Assembly: GCA_963773405.1 (NCBI GenBank)
Contig: CAVZAQ010000013.1
Span: forward strand, 19,758 to 83,757
Length of the DNA stretch: 64,000 nt
DNA from: an uncultured Chloroflexia bacterium
GTDB taxonomy: Bacteria; Chloroflexota; Limnocylindria; QHBO01
Direction of reading: 5' to 3'
The notes beneath the pieces are model-generated. The model did no database searches. It was given only the letters and a program-made list of their open reading frames with translations, and was not told the DNA's origin. Both the position numbers and the translations under genes were made by a program. This document shows positions 1 through 9,047 of this stretch, piece after piece. Numbering within the stretch: the stretch's first letter is position 1; each line of letters opens with the position of its first letter.

Positions 1-68
1 GAGTGATGGGGGTCCGAGCCGTCGAGGATGCCAATGACCACTCCGGCGTCCAGGATGGTCAGCGCCAT
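1..68 (-). CDS. vapC: PIN-domain VapC-like toxin, 5' portion only (gene continues past window start)
   Basis: Reverse-strand translation from ATG at 68 gives MALTILDAGVVIGILDGSDPHH..., a typical VapC/PIN N-terminus. Its ATG overlaps the stop of the upstream AbrB-family antitoxin (ATGGCGCTGA overlap). Confidence 0.45.
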   Translation of the reverse strand, partial: MALTILDAGVVIGILDGSDPHH

Positions 69-304
69 TCGTCGCGCAGCTCGTCCAGCTCGCCGGGCCG
101 ATACACGCCGGTCAGGCTCCCCGCATGGCGGGCAACGGGGTCCTCCTCGCGCACCAGCAGCACCCGCCCCGGACCGCGAGCCTCGGCACGCAGGCGATCG
201 CCCGTCCGCAGTCCAGCCCGAGCCATCGCGTCACGCGGGATCGTGACCTGGTGCTTGCTGGAGATCTTCGTCCCAGGGAGGGGACTCTTTACTCGATGCG
301 GCAT
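59..304 (-). CDS. AbrB/MazE (SpoVT-AbrB) family antitoxin
   Basis: ORF 59..394(-); the sequence from internal Met MPHRVKSPLPGTKISSKHQVTIPRDAMARAGLRTGDRL... matches the swapped-hairpin AbrB/MazE fold motif (K.QVTIP...GL..GD.L). Stop overlaps the downstream PIN toxin start. Confidence 0.6.
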   Translation of the reverse strand: MPHRVKSPLPGTKISSKHQVTIPRDAMARAGLRTGDRLRAEARGPGRVLLVREEDPVARHAGSLTGVYRPGELDELRDEWR

Positions 305-369
305 TGGTAAAGAATAGCACCCCTGCCCAGCGCTGCCGGTAGCCAGCTCGATGTACCCTCGCCGTCGCG

Positions 370-1452
370 ATGACCAGCAACCGGGATGACGCACGCGACG
401 GCGTCACGTTCACGAACCTCGATCAGCCCCTCTTCGACGGGGCGGACGCGACGAAGCGGGACCTCGTGGACTACCTCGACGCTGTCCGTGACCGCATCCT
501 CCCCGGCCTCGAGGATCGCCCCCTGTCCGTGATCCGCGTCCATCGGGGCCAGGAGGCCTTCATGCAGAAGAACCTCCCGAAGTACACCCCGGCCTGGGTG
601 CGCCGGGTCCGATGGTGGGCGGAGTCATCGAAGCGGGACGTCGAATACGCCCTGTGCAACGACCGGCGCACGCTGCTGTGGTTCGCGAACCAGCGGGCGG
701 TCGAGTATCACCCGACCCTGGTGCGCGTCGACCAGCCGAACCGCCCCACCCACCTGGTCCTGGACCTGGACCCACCGGATGCCGATGCCTTCCCGATGGC
801 GGTTCGCGCTGCGCGCGCCGTTCGCCAGGCCCTGTCCGATGCCGGCCTCAGCGGCGCGATCAAGACCAGCGGCGCCAAGGGCCTGCACGTGTTCGTGCCG
901 ATTGATCCGGAGACGACGTTCGAGGATTCGGCCGCCGCCACCCGGGCCATCGCCGCTCGGGCGGAGCGGACTCGATCCGGAGGTCGCCACCACCGCGTTC
1001 GTGAAGGCCGACCGGGGCGGGAAGGTCTTCGTGGACTCGACCCGGGTCGGCGGCGCCACGGTGGTCGCCGCCTACAGCCCGCGCGTGCGGCCCGGCGTTC
1101 CGGTCTCCTTCCCCGTCTCCTGGGACGATCCTCGACGACATCACTCCCGGGGACTTCACCATCCACACCGCGCTCGGCATCCTGGGCGACGGCGACCCCT
1201 GGCGCGAGCAGATGCCCGACCCGGCAGCGACTGCCGGCGGACCTGATCGAAGAGGGCCACGCAATCCCGGTTGCCCGGGTCCAGGCCATGCACGAGGGCA
1301 AGCGCCGCGCGCGCCTTCGGCGCACGTCGGGCGCGCGCGAAGGACGCGGGGTGAACCCTCAGCGAGATGTCAGCGGCTCCCTCGCTGCATGCTCGGTGGT
1401 CAGGCGCATCGCGGCGGCGTGCGCGGTGATGCCCTCGACGTCGGCCCGATAG
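370..1452 (+). pseudogene. ligD: LigD polymerase/primase (PolDom) domain protein of NHEJ, interrupted by at least 2 frameshifts (near 970 and 1140)
   Basis: ORF 370..1452 carries hallmark LigD PolDom motifs (RVHRGQ, KTSGAKGLHVFVPI). The homologous sequence continues in a second frame (LDPEVATTAFVKADRGGKVFVDSTRVGGATVVAAYSPRVRPGVPVSFPVSWDD, ORF 779..1246), then a third (LDDITPGDFTIHTALGILGDGDPW), then returns to the first. Single-base insertions are visible at gcggagcggActc and gatcCtcgac. Confidence 0.65.
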
Positions 1453-1517
1453 GAATCGTCGGCGAGTATGGATTCAGTCAAGCTGAACGACGGCAAGCGC
1501 TGGGCCGATCCTCCGCC

Positions 1518-2189
1518 TCAGTCCTCCTCGTTGTCCTCGAAGTCGGGCCAGGCCGCGATGTCGACCTTGTGGTTCTCGGGCGAGGCCAGGGTCCACCAAT
1601 GGGGCACATGCGTGTCGTCCGCCAGGCGTCCGCCGGCTTCGAGTGCTGCCGCGACTCGTGCTTCGGCCTGATCGGCCGGCACGCTGACGTCGATGTGGGT
1701 CCGGCCACGCCCGGGCTTCGGAGGCCGGAGGCCCTGGAACGACACGTGCGGGTTGCGCCGGTGCCGATCGACGACGTCCTCCTTCGGTCCCAGGCTCCTA
1801 TACCCGAGGGCTGCGGCCCAAAAGGGAGCCACGTCGGTATCGGCATCCTGTGCCACCGCGATGCCCACGACCTGGACCTGGGAGGGGTCCGGCTCAAGCT
1901 GCAGCTTCCGAGCCTCTGCCGAAATCCGGCGTGCCACTTCGACGTCACGCTGGCTCAGCGCTCCGTACTCCCCGGAGGCCGTCCGGACCGTGACTCCCTC
2001 GGGTCGGACGTCCACATCGGGGAAATGGCCCACGGCCTCGCCAACTTCGGCGATGGCGGCCACAAACCTCGCGGCCTCCGCGAACGATCCGACGCGGAAG
2101 TACGCATGAGCGCCAGAGAAGAGGACCCGCCAGTCCTGCACTCCGGCGGCCTCGTGGAATGCGCGTGCAGTCGTTCGCTTCTCGCTCAT
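1518..2189 (-). CDS. Pterin-4a-carbinolamine dehydratase-like domain fused to VOC/glyoxalase-like domain protein
   Basis: ORF 1518..2225(-) from internal Met MSEKRTTARAF... N-terminal half has a PCD-like motif (EAVGHFPDVDVRPEGVTVRTAS resembling E..GHHPD...W..V.V.L.TH). C-terminal half is VOC-like (VVGIAVAQDADTDVAPFWAAALGY...). Confidence 0.5.
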   Translation of the reverse strand: MSEKRTTARAFHEAAGVQDWRVLFSGAHAYFRVGSFAEAARFVAAIAEVGEAVGHFPDVDVRPEGVTVRTASGEYGALSQRDVEVARRISAEARKLQLEPDPSQVQVVGIAVAQDADTDVAPFWAAALGYRSLGPKEDVVDRHRRNPHVSFQGLRPPKPGRGRTHIDVSVPADQAEARVAAALEAGGRLADDTHVPHWWTLASPENHKVDIAAWPDFEDNEED

Positions 2190-2270
2190 GGCGCCGATGC
2201 TAGGCAGGAAGCCCGCTCCATGCAACGCGCCGCTGCGGAAGCGCCGGGAGCGAGGATTTCATCGTCCGCG

Positions 2271-3192
2271 CTATCCGAGCGACCGCTCGAACCACTCCTG
2301 CTTCAGGGGGCTCTCGGCGGGCTCGAATTGGAAGCTGGGCAACGTGCGCAGGTCGCGGTTCCAGCGGTAGAAGCCGGTGTTGAAGAGCTTCAGATTGGGT
2401 ATGCGCGCGATCGGCTCCAGGTCCAGGTCACGAATCTTGCCGAAGTTGACGAACTGCAGCGAGGGATGGCCGGCGAGCGGCGCGAGGGTCTCGACGTTGC
2501 GAACCTCAAGGATGTTGAGGAACTGCAGGGCGGGCAGGTCTCGCACCCACTCCAGCGTGGTGATGCGCCGAACGTCGGACAGGACGAGGTGCTCGAGGTT
2601 GGGGGCGTCGGAGATGCCCTGCATGCTGTCGAGATTCGGGCAGCCATCGATGACCAGGCGACGCAAGGTACGTCCGAACGAGCCGATGCCGTCGAGTCCT
2701 TTCAGGTCGGCACCGCCGAGGGTCAACGCAGACAGGGGCATCGGCCCAAGCGGGACGAGGTCGTCGAAGGGATAGCGTCCGACTCCAAGAGAGCGCAGCG
2801 TGCCGTGGCCGGAGCGAAGCGAATCGAGACCGTCCGGCGGGCACTCCTCGACACCGAACCACTCGAGGTGCGGGAACGCCTGGAGGTCGAGCGATGATCG
2901 GAAGCCGGCCAGGTTGAGCGACCGCAGCCGTGCCAGCCCATGAACCGGCGTGACGTCGACGGTGCCCTCGACCGAGAGAAACTCCAGGTCGGGAAGGTCG
3001 CGCCAGGAAGGCCAGGTCCTTGATCCCGACAGGCAGGGCCAGGGCGCGTGCCTGCCTGGCACGCGCCTCGGTCACGATGGCGACAGCTGAGGCTGCCCTA
3101 CCGGCGACCTTCCAGCGTCCCCCCGCGGCCGCGAAGGCCTCCCTCAGGTTGCGTGGGTAGTACTTCAGCTCTGATTGTTGGAGGACGCTCAT
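2271..3192 (-). pseudogene. Leucine-rich-repeat (LRR) protein with one frameshift near 3005-3015
   Basis: ORF 2271..3062(-) shows repeated L..L.L.G motifs (LRSLNLAGF, LSALTLGGADLKGLDGI, LRRLVIDGCPNLDSMQGISDAPNLEHLVLSD, LQFLNILEVRNVETL). The N-terminal continuation MSVLQQSELKYYPRNLREAFAAAGG...ALALPVGIKDLAFLA is in another frame (ORF 2506..3192). Confidence 0.45.
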
Positions 3193-3290
3193 GAATAGCC
3201 GAGGCTCGATGGATACGCTTCCAGATCATCCGCCGGTCGGTCCCAGCGACTACCCTACCGTGCCCGTCGAGGTGGCTCGACTCCGCTGCC

Positions 3291-3309
3291 GATGTATGCT
3301 CTATACATC
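3291..3309. promoter_or_regulatory. Perfect 7-bp inverted repeat GATGTAT-gctc-TATACATC abutting the RHH antitoxin start; putative autoregulatory operator
   Basis: gatgtatgctctatacatc read directly. RHH antitoxins bind palindromic operators overlapping their promoter/start. Confidence 0.5.
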
Positions 3310-3606
3310 ATGAAGCGCACCCAGATCTACCTCGAAGAGGGACAGTCCCGCGAGCTCGCCTCTCGGGCACGGAGGCGCGGTACCACCGCATCCCATGTCA
3401 TCCGCGAGGCGGTGGACGCGTACCTCGCCCAGCCCGAGTCAGCCGACGAGCAGGTCCTGCAGCGGTATCGCGCGGCGCTCGACGCCTCCTTTGGCGTGGC
3501 GCCTCGCCTGGCTCGTGGCGTCGCATACGTCGACCAGCTGCGCTCTGCGGACGCGGATCGGGTCCTTGGACTGGACGAGCGGCGGCACGGGCATCGGCCC
3601 ACGTGA
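3310..3606 (+). CDS. Ribbon-helix-helix (CopG-family) antitoxin, VapB-like
   Basis: From Met MKRTQIYLEEGQSRELASRARRRGTTASHVIREAVDAYL: an RHH motif at the N-terminus. Stop overlaps the GTG start of the downstream PIN toxin. Confidence 0.7.
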   Translation: MKRTQIYLEEGQSRELASRARRRGTTASHVIREAVDAYLAQPESADEQVLQRYRAALDASFGVAPRLARGVAYVDQLRSADADRVLGLDERRHGHRPT

Positions 3607-3971
3607 CGGTCCTCGACACCACCGTCCTGATTGACCACCTGCGTGGCGTCCCGGCCGCCGGGGAGTATCTGCGGTCGCTCCCGGCCGTGCCGACCTGCTC
3701 CGAGGTGACGCGTGCCGAGATCCTCCAGGGCCTGCGAAGCAGCGAACGCGACAGGGCCGAGGCGCTGTTCGTCGTGCTGCACTGGGCCGATGTCGACGAG
3801 AAGATCGCGCGACGCGCCGGTGAGCTGGGGCGCCGGTACCGCCGCAGCCACCCTGGGCTGGCCCTGGCCGACCTCCTGATTGCCGCCACGGCGCTCGAGC
3901 TGGATCAGCCGCTCGCCACCGCGAACACCCGCCACTTCCCGATGTTCGCGCGCCTGCGGGCTCCCTACTGA
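3603..3971 (+). CDS. vapC: PIN-domain VapC toxin
   Basis: MTVLDTTVLIDHLRGVPAAGEYL...ADLLIAATALELDQPLATANTRHF: conserved acidic residues and the VapC fold signature. GTG start at 3603 overlaps the antitoxin stop. Confidence 0.75.
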   Translation: MTVLDTTVLIDHLRGVPAAGEYLRSLPAVPTCSEVTRAEILQGLRSSERDRAEALFVVLHWADVDEKIARRAGELGRRYRRSHPGLALADLLIAATALELDQPLATANTRHFPMFARLRAPY

Positions 3972-4067
3972 TGAGCCGACCGGGGACCGATGCCGTCACG
4001 TGCTCCCGCCGGCTGAAGAACTGACCCCGGCCCTGAGGCCGGGGTCAGCGTCTGCGGGGTGCGAGCT

Positions 4068-4376
4068 CTATCGCTCGCCGGTGCCGCCGCGGCAGAGACC
4101 CAGCTTGCCGGGCGCTCCCTTGGGCAGCCCGTAGTACTTCCACGAGTCCGCTGCGGTCTGCACCTGGGACGAGATCTGACCCGACGAGGTGTCGAGGTCA
4201 TTCAGGCCGCTGGCTGCGCAGGCGGAGTTCGCGTGCTCCAGCGCGCCGGTCACGTTCGTGTTGTTGAGGGTTCCGGGTGGCCCCTTCACCTCGCCCGCCA
4301 GCACGGTGCTGACGCCGAGAGTGAACACGAACAGGGTCGCGCACACGGTGGTGAGCAGTCGCCGAGACATCGGCAT
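4068..4376 (-). CDS. Small secreted cysteine-containing hypothetical protein
   Basis: From internal Met MPMSRRLLTTVCATLFVFTLGVSTVLAGEV: predicted signal peptide; 6 Cys; no recognisable family. Confidence 0.35.
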   Translation of the reverse strand: MPMSRRLLTTVCATLFVFTLGVSTVLAGEVKGPPGTLNNTNVTGALEHANSACAASGLNDLDTSSGQISSQVQTAADSWKYYGLPKGAPGKLGLCRGGTGER

Positions 4377-4610
4377 ATACCTCCCTGCCCGGGCTCGGTC
4401 TCGCCATTGGCATTCGGCACGTGTCTCGGGCGACCGCGGCAAAGGGACACGTGTCGTGGAACGGCTGCAAATTCCAGCCACCCCGCGCAGTTCGCGGATG
4501 ATGCGGTAGCGGGGGGCGCCCGCATGTCAAGTGGGCGACAGGCGCCCTGCCTCAGCCCTGGGCGGCCGAGACCAGCGAATAGAAGCTCACCACCGCGACC
4601 GTGAGGGCCG

Positions 4611-5045
4611 CTAGATGCCCACCGTCTCGCAGCCGTCTCCCCAGACGAAGTCCGGAGTGGGTTGAGGACTGTCACTGAGCGCAAGGCTGCTGCACGTCAG
4701 TCGGTGCCATCCGCCGCCGTACGCGTCCTGCGTGGCGTCAATGAAGATCTCGACGCTGCTGGGTCCCAACACTCGAAGCGTCACCGTGAACGGGTCGCCT
4801 TCGACGGTGGGCCGTGTGCTCACGAACTCCGCTTCTCGGCCCGCCTGGTAGGCCTCCCAGAAGCATTGCCGTGCCTCGATGTTCCACTGGCCACCTCCCC
4901 TGGTGTCTTCGACGCCACACGAGGGGAGCTGCGACCGCGTGAGGTAGCTCAGCGGCGGCGCGAACAGCAGGACGCCTCCGACGACGAGCACCAGCGCAAC
5001 GACCGCGATCGCCACCGGTTTCACGTGCGAGTCCATCTCCACCAC
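4611..5045 (-). CDS. Membrane-anchored hypothetical protein
   Basis: N-terminal TM helix VAIAVVALVLVVGGVLLF followed by a Cys-containing extracytoplasmic domain. Confidence 0.4.
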   Translation of the reverse strand: MVEMDSHVKPVAIAVVALVLVVGGVLLFAPPLSYLTRSQLPSCGVEDTRGGGQWNIEARQCFWEAYQAGREAEFVSTRPTVEGDPFTVTLRVLGPSSVEIFIDATQDAYGGGWHRLTCSSLALSDSPQPTPDFVWGDGCETVGI

Positions 5046-5096
5046 AGGATACGGTCAGCTAACGGCGCGGTAAGCGTTGGTGCGCATGGTGCGAGC

Positions 5097-5330
5097 GTGC
5101 CCACGCTATACGAGGAAGGCGGCTTTGCCTTCCGGTTCAGGTCAACCGATGGCGGCGAGCCTCCGCACGTCCACGTCGAAGGCCAGGGCGGCGCCGCCAA
5201 GTACTGGCTTGCCCCGATCAGAATGGCCAAGAGCCGGGGATACAATCGGCGTCAGCTGGCACGGATCGACGCAATCGTCCGCGGCCACGAGCACGACTTC
5301 GAGGAGAGGTGGCATGAGTACTTCGGCTAG
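5097..5330 (+). CDS. DUF4160 family protein
   Basis: GTG start; MPTLYEEGGFAFRFRSTDGGEPPHVHVEGQGGAAKYWL... matches the DUF4160 hallmark (MPT...F.F..ND..PPH.HV). 17-nt overlap with the downstream DUF2442 gene. Confidence 0.65.
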   Translation: MPTLYEEGGFAFRFRSTDGGEPPHVHVEGQGGAAKYWLAPIRMAKSRGYNRRQLARIDAIVRGHEHDFEERWHEYFG

Positions 5331-5610
5331 GAAGCTTGAGTTCCAGCCCTCGGTGGCCACCTCCGTTCGCGTCGACCGCAGCCGCTTCTACGTCCAGCTC
5401 GCCGATGGCCGCGAGATCAGCGCCCCGCTTGACCGATTCCCGCGCCTGCGGGCCGCAACTCCCGAGCAACTCGCGAAGTGCGAGATCACGGCCTTCGGAA
5501 CAGCGATCCGCTGGCCGCAGCTCGACGAGGACATTGGCGTCGCGGCGCTCCTCGGTGTTCCCGAAGACGACCTCGAGGCCGCCGCCGGCTTCGAGCACGA
5601 CGAGCGCTGA
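5314..5610 (+). CDS. DUF2442 family protein (partner of DUF4160)
   Basis: MSTSARKLEFQPSVATSVRVDRSRFYVQLADGREISAPLDRFPRLRAATPEQLAKCEITAFGTAIRWPQLDEDIGVAALLG: canonical DUF2442 pattern (...V..DG......FP.L..AT..Q...WE....G..I.WP.LDEDI). Confidence 0.65.
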   Translation: MSTSARKLEFQPSVATSVRVDRSRFYVQLADGREISAPLDRFPRLRAATPEQLAKCEITAFGTAIRWPQLDEDIGVAALLGVPEDDLEAAAGFEHDER

Positions 5611-5838
5611 ATCCGACGCCGAACAGCAGCTCGTAGCGGTCGGTGGGTGTCGAGATCGCGGTGCTCGACACCCCGGGGCTCCTACTCCCAGATCTCGTCC
5701 CGTGAAGCAGACAGAATCGCCCTGCCGCCAAGTGCCGTCGTTCCCTCATCTCCCCCTCCTCCTTGTGCCGTGCGCACGACAGCCCGGCGGCTCGTGTCGC
5801 ATCGTCGGCGGTGATTCGCAGCGCACCCGCGCGTCGCC

Positions 5839-7053
5839 TCATTCCGCCAGGGCGATGACCTCGGCGACCCGGACGGGGTGCGAGAACCCCTTCATCGACA
5901 TCTCCCCGGCATCGGCCACCTTGACGTGCCCGCCCATCCGGGCCCGGGTGCGTGTGCTGATGAGGATCGCCCCGTCCCCGGCTTCCGCACACAGCCGCGC
6001 TGCCAGGTTCACGACACTCCCCACCGCGGCGTAGTCGACGCGGCCCTCGAAGCCAATGCGCCCCATGGTGGCGTACCCGGTGGCGATGCCCACGCCGAAG
6101 CCCAGCGCATGGCCCATCAGCCGCCAGCCCTCGGCGAGGGCCGCGACATCGGTTCGCAGGGCGAGTGCCATGCGCACCGCGCGTTCGGCATGTTCCGGCT
6201 GCTCCACCGGGTCGTTGAAGAAGACCATCACCCCATCGCCGGTGAAGCGCTCCAACGTGCCTCCCACCTCCGTGATGCCCCGCCCCAGCACGCCGTGGTA
6301 CTCCCGGAGCACCTGCATGACATCTTCGGGCTCGGCCGCTTCGCTGAAGGCCGTGAAGCCACGCAGGTCGCAGAAGACGACCGTGATCTCGCGCCGATGT
6401 CCCGCCAGCAGCCGCTCCCCCTCCGGGCTCGAGACCAGCGCGGCAACCTGCGGCGACAGGAATCGGGCCAGCTCCTTGCGCTGCCGCTCGATGGTGCCCA
6501 CCAGCTGGGTCGTCGTCACCGCGATCACCGCCTGGTCGGCGAACTGCTGCAGGACCTGGATCTGGTCGTCGCGGAAGGGCGTCGGCCTGTCTCGCCAGAC
6601 CGTCACCACCCCGACCACCTCTTCCTCGCGCATCATGGGCACGCCGACCATGGCGCGGAAGCCGCCCAGCTCCTTTGCCTCCGGGTAGTCGTACTCCGGG
6701 TCCAGCTCCACGTCCGGAATGTGCACCGCACGCCGTTCGACGGCGGTCCGGCCCACCAGCGTCCCGCGCGCCGGCAGGATGGGGTGGGCCAGGTTGAACT
6801 CGATGATGGCTTCCGATGAGCCGATGGCGGCCGCGTGCCGGTAGCGACCGTCCTCGCCGCGGAGGTAGATGAACCCACGCTCTGCATGACAGAGCCGGGT
6901 GGCGTGGCTCAGGATCGTGGCCAGCACCGCCTCGAGGTCGAACGGCGCCCCGCCCAGCGAGCGCAGGACGTCGCCGAGGGCTTCCTGGTAGGCGGCTGAA
7001 CCCTCGTCGGGCGACGGGCTTGCCATCGCCGACGAGTCTACGCGATGCGCCAT
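5839..7053 (-). CDS. GAF domain + class III adenylate/guanylate cyclase
   Basis: ORF 5839..7185(-). GAF-like N-terminal part; C-terminal cyclase homology domain (ITVVFCDLRGFTAFSE...LERFTGDGVMVFFNDP...GIATGYATMGRIGFEGRVDYAAVGSVVNLAARL). Start taken at MAHRV (7053) on RBS grounds; 7026 is an alternative. Confidence 0.7.
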   Translation of the reverse strand: MAHRVDSSAMASPSPDEGSAAYQEALGDVLRSLGGAPFDLEAVLATILSHATRLCHAERGFIYLRGEDGRYRHAAAIGSSEAIIEFNLAHPILPARGTLVGRTAVERRAVHIPDVELDPEYDYPEAKELGGFRAMVGVPMMREEEVVGVVTVWRDRPTPFRDDQIQVLQQFADQAVIAVTTTQLVGTIERQRKELARFLSPQVAALVSSPEGERLLAGHRREITVVFCDLRGFTAFSEAAEPEDVMQVLREYHGVLGRGITEVGGTLERFTGDGVMVFFNDPVEQPEHAERAVRMALALRTDVAALAEGWRLMGHALGFGVGIATGYATMGRIGFEGRVDYAAVGSVVNLAARLCAEAGDGAILISTRTRARMGGHVKVADAGEMSMKGFSHPVRVAEVIALAE

Positions 7054-7096
7054 GACACGGACCTTCGACGGAGCGGGTGGGGCGTACGATCGGGCG

Positions 7097-8527
7097 ATGC
7101 GCATCCTTGTCGTGGGCGCCAGCGGATACATCGGTGGCCGCCTCGCGTCCCTGCTTTCGTCGCTCGGGCATGGGCTCGTGCTCATGAGCCGCGACGCGCG
7201 ACCGCTCGCGGCACGGTTCCCGGACGCCGTGGTGGTGGGCGCAGATCTCCTCGAGGCTTCGTCGCTTGGCCGGGCCCTGGAAGGTGTCGAGGTCGCCTAC
7301 TACCTTGCCCACTCGATGGGTTCGGGGGAACGCGGCTTCGCCGATCGCGACAGGACGGCGGCGCGGAACTTCGCCGCGGCGGCCTCGGAGGCAGGCGTCC
7401 GGCGCATCGTGTACCTGGGTGGGCTCGGCGACGAGACCGCTGACCTCTCGGCTCACCTGGCGAGCCGCCAGCAGACCGGGAAGGAGCTCGCCTCGCACGG
7501 CGTGCCCGTCACCGAGTTCCGGGCCGCGATCATCATCGGCTCCGGCAGCGCGTCCTTCGAGATCCTTCGCCATCTCACCGAGCGGCTGCCGATCATGATC
7601 ACGCCGCGCTGGGTTGGCACCCGTTGCCAGCCAATCGGGATCCGGGATGCGCTCGACTACCTCGTTGGCGCGCTCGACCATCCGGAGATCACCGGCGTCG
7701 TCGAGATCGGCGGGCCGGACATCCTCTCGTACGGCGACATGATGCGAACCTACGCCCGGCTTCGCGGCCTCCGGCGCCTCATGATCCCGGTGCCCGTTTT
7801 GACACCGCGCCTCAGCTCGTACTGGGTCAGTCTCGTCTCTCCCGTCCCGGCCGGGATCGCACGGCCCCTCATCGAGGGTCTGCGGAACGAGGTCATCGTC
7901 CGCGATCCGCGCCCGGCCACGGCCTTCGGCCTCCAGCCCGCGTCGTACGAGACCGCGCTCAGGCACGCCATCGACCGAACCGATCGCCATGCCGTGGAAT
8001 CGACCTGGTTCGACTCGCTCGATACGCCCGGCCGCGAGGAGCTCCCGACCGTGAGCTCACACGAGGGGATGATCATCGAGCGACGTCACCAGATCGTCCC
8101 GGTGCCGGCGGATCGCCTGTTCGCCGAGGTCGAGCGGCTGGGCGGCTCGGCCGGCTGGCCCTACGCCAACTTCCTGTGGCGGACTCGCGGCCTCCTCGAT
8201 CGACTTGTCGGCGGGGTCGGCATGCGGCTTGGGCGCCGATCGCCAACCGAGCTGCGGGTCGGCGACGCCCTCGACTTCTGGCGTGTGGAGGCCGTGGAGC
8301 GCCCAACCTTGCTGCGTCTCCGCGCGGAGATGCGTGTCCCCGGCCGTGCCTGGCTCCAGTACGAGGTGACCGCGACCTCGCGGGGCAGCCGCCTGGAGCA
8401 AACCGCCTTCTTCGAGCCGAAAGGCCTGCCCGGCCTGGCGTACTGGTATCTCCTCTATCCCGTCCACGGCCTGATCTTCCGCGGCACGGTCCGCCGCCTT
8501 GCCGAACGAGCCCTGAGCTCTCCCTAG
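7097..8527 (+). CDS. NmrA-like NAD(P)-binding (atypical SDR) domain fused to DUF2867 domain protein
   Basis: MRILVVGASGYIGGRL Rossmann motif. The C-terminal half (WFDSLDTPGREELPT...LWRTRGLLDRLVGGVGMRLGRR...WRVEAVERP) resembles DUF2867. Confidence 0.7.
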   Translation: MRILVVGASGYIGGRLASLLSSLGHGLVLMSRDARPLAARFPDAVVVGADLLEASSLGRALEGVEVAYYLAHSMGSGERGFADRDRTAARNFAAAASEAGVRRIVYLGGLGDETADLSAHLASRQQTGKELASHGVPVTEFRAAIIIGSGSASFEILRHLTERLPIMITPRWVGTRCQPIGIRDALDYLVGALDHPEITGVVEIGGPDILSYGDMMRTYARLRGLRRLMIPVPVLTPRLSSYWVSLVSPVPAGIARPLIEGLRNEVIVRDPRPATAFGLQPASYETALRHAIDRTDRHAVESTWFDSLDTPGREELPTVSSHEGMIIERRHQIVPVPADRLFAEVERLGGSAGWPYANFLWRTRGLLDRLVGGVGMRLGRRSPTELRVGDALDFWRVEAVERPTLLRLRAEMRVPGRAWLQYEVTATSRGSRLEQTAFFEPKGLPGLAYWYLLYPVHGLIFRGTVRRLAERALSSP

Positions 8528-8806
8528 GAGCAGCCCCGATCCTGCGGCGTCGGCGGACGAGCACAAAGAGCAGCAGGTCCGCCCGCCTTGCTCATCGCGC
8601 GACAGGAACGTGCTCGCCAGGTACCGCGGGATCGGGGTGACCTCGCCGCTGCTCGCCGCGGTCGACGCTCGGAGCGCGGCACGGTGGAACGTGCACGGCG
8701 CGAGCCCGTCCCGGGATGCGGACCTCGGGCCAGCGCGAGATTGACCCGCGGTCGTGGCCTCGATCAGGGCATCCGGCGACGCCATAGCCGGCGCGGCACC
8801 TTCGTC

Positions 8807-9047
8807 ATGACCCGCGGCTTGAAGATTTGCTGCGGCGGGACATGCCTTCCGCTTCCGTGCCAATGACCGCAGCGAACCACCGCACGTCCACGTCGAGGGC
8901 AACGGCGGACGGGCAAAGTTCTGGCTGCCCGATGCAGGACTGGTCCGGAGCGAGGGATACAATCGTCGGCAGTTGGCGGCTATCCAGATCATCGTGGCGG
9001 AGAACGCGGAACGCTGGCTGAGGCAATGGCATGACTTCTTCAACTAG
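8807..9047 (+). pseudogene. DUF4160 family protein (second copy), N-terminus disrupted by a 1-nt frameshift near 8824
   Basis: ATG at 8807 gives MTRGLK in one frame. The DUF4160 body (FAAAGHAFRFRANDRSEPPHVHVEGNGGRAKFWLPDAG...WHDFFN) is in the -1 frame and preceded by an in-frame TGA at 8820. Ends at 9047 with the same 17-nt overlap to its DUF2442 partner as copy 1. Confidence 0.5.

Noticed and set aside
3327-3999. ORFs antisense to the RHH-VapC pair (3327..3935, 3398..3889, 3439..3999, all -)
   Set aside because: They overlap a well-supported TA pair and have low-complexity Arg/Pro-rich products; spurious.
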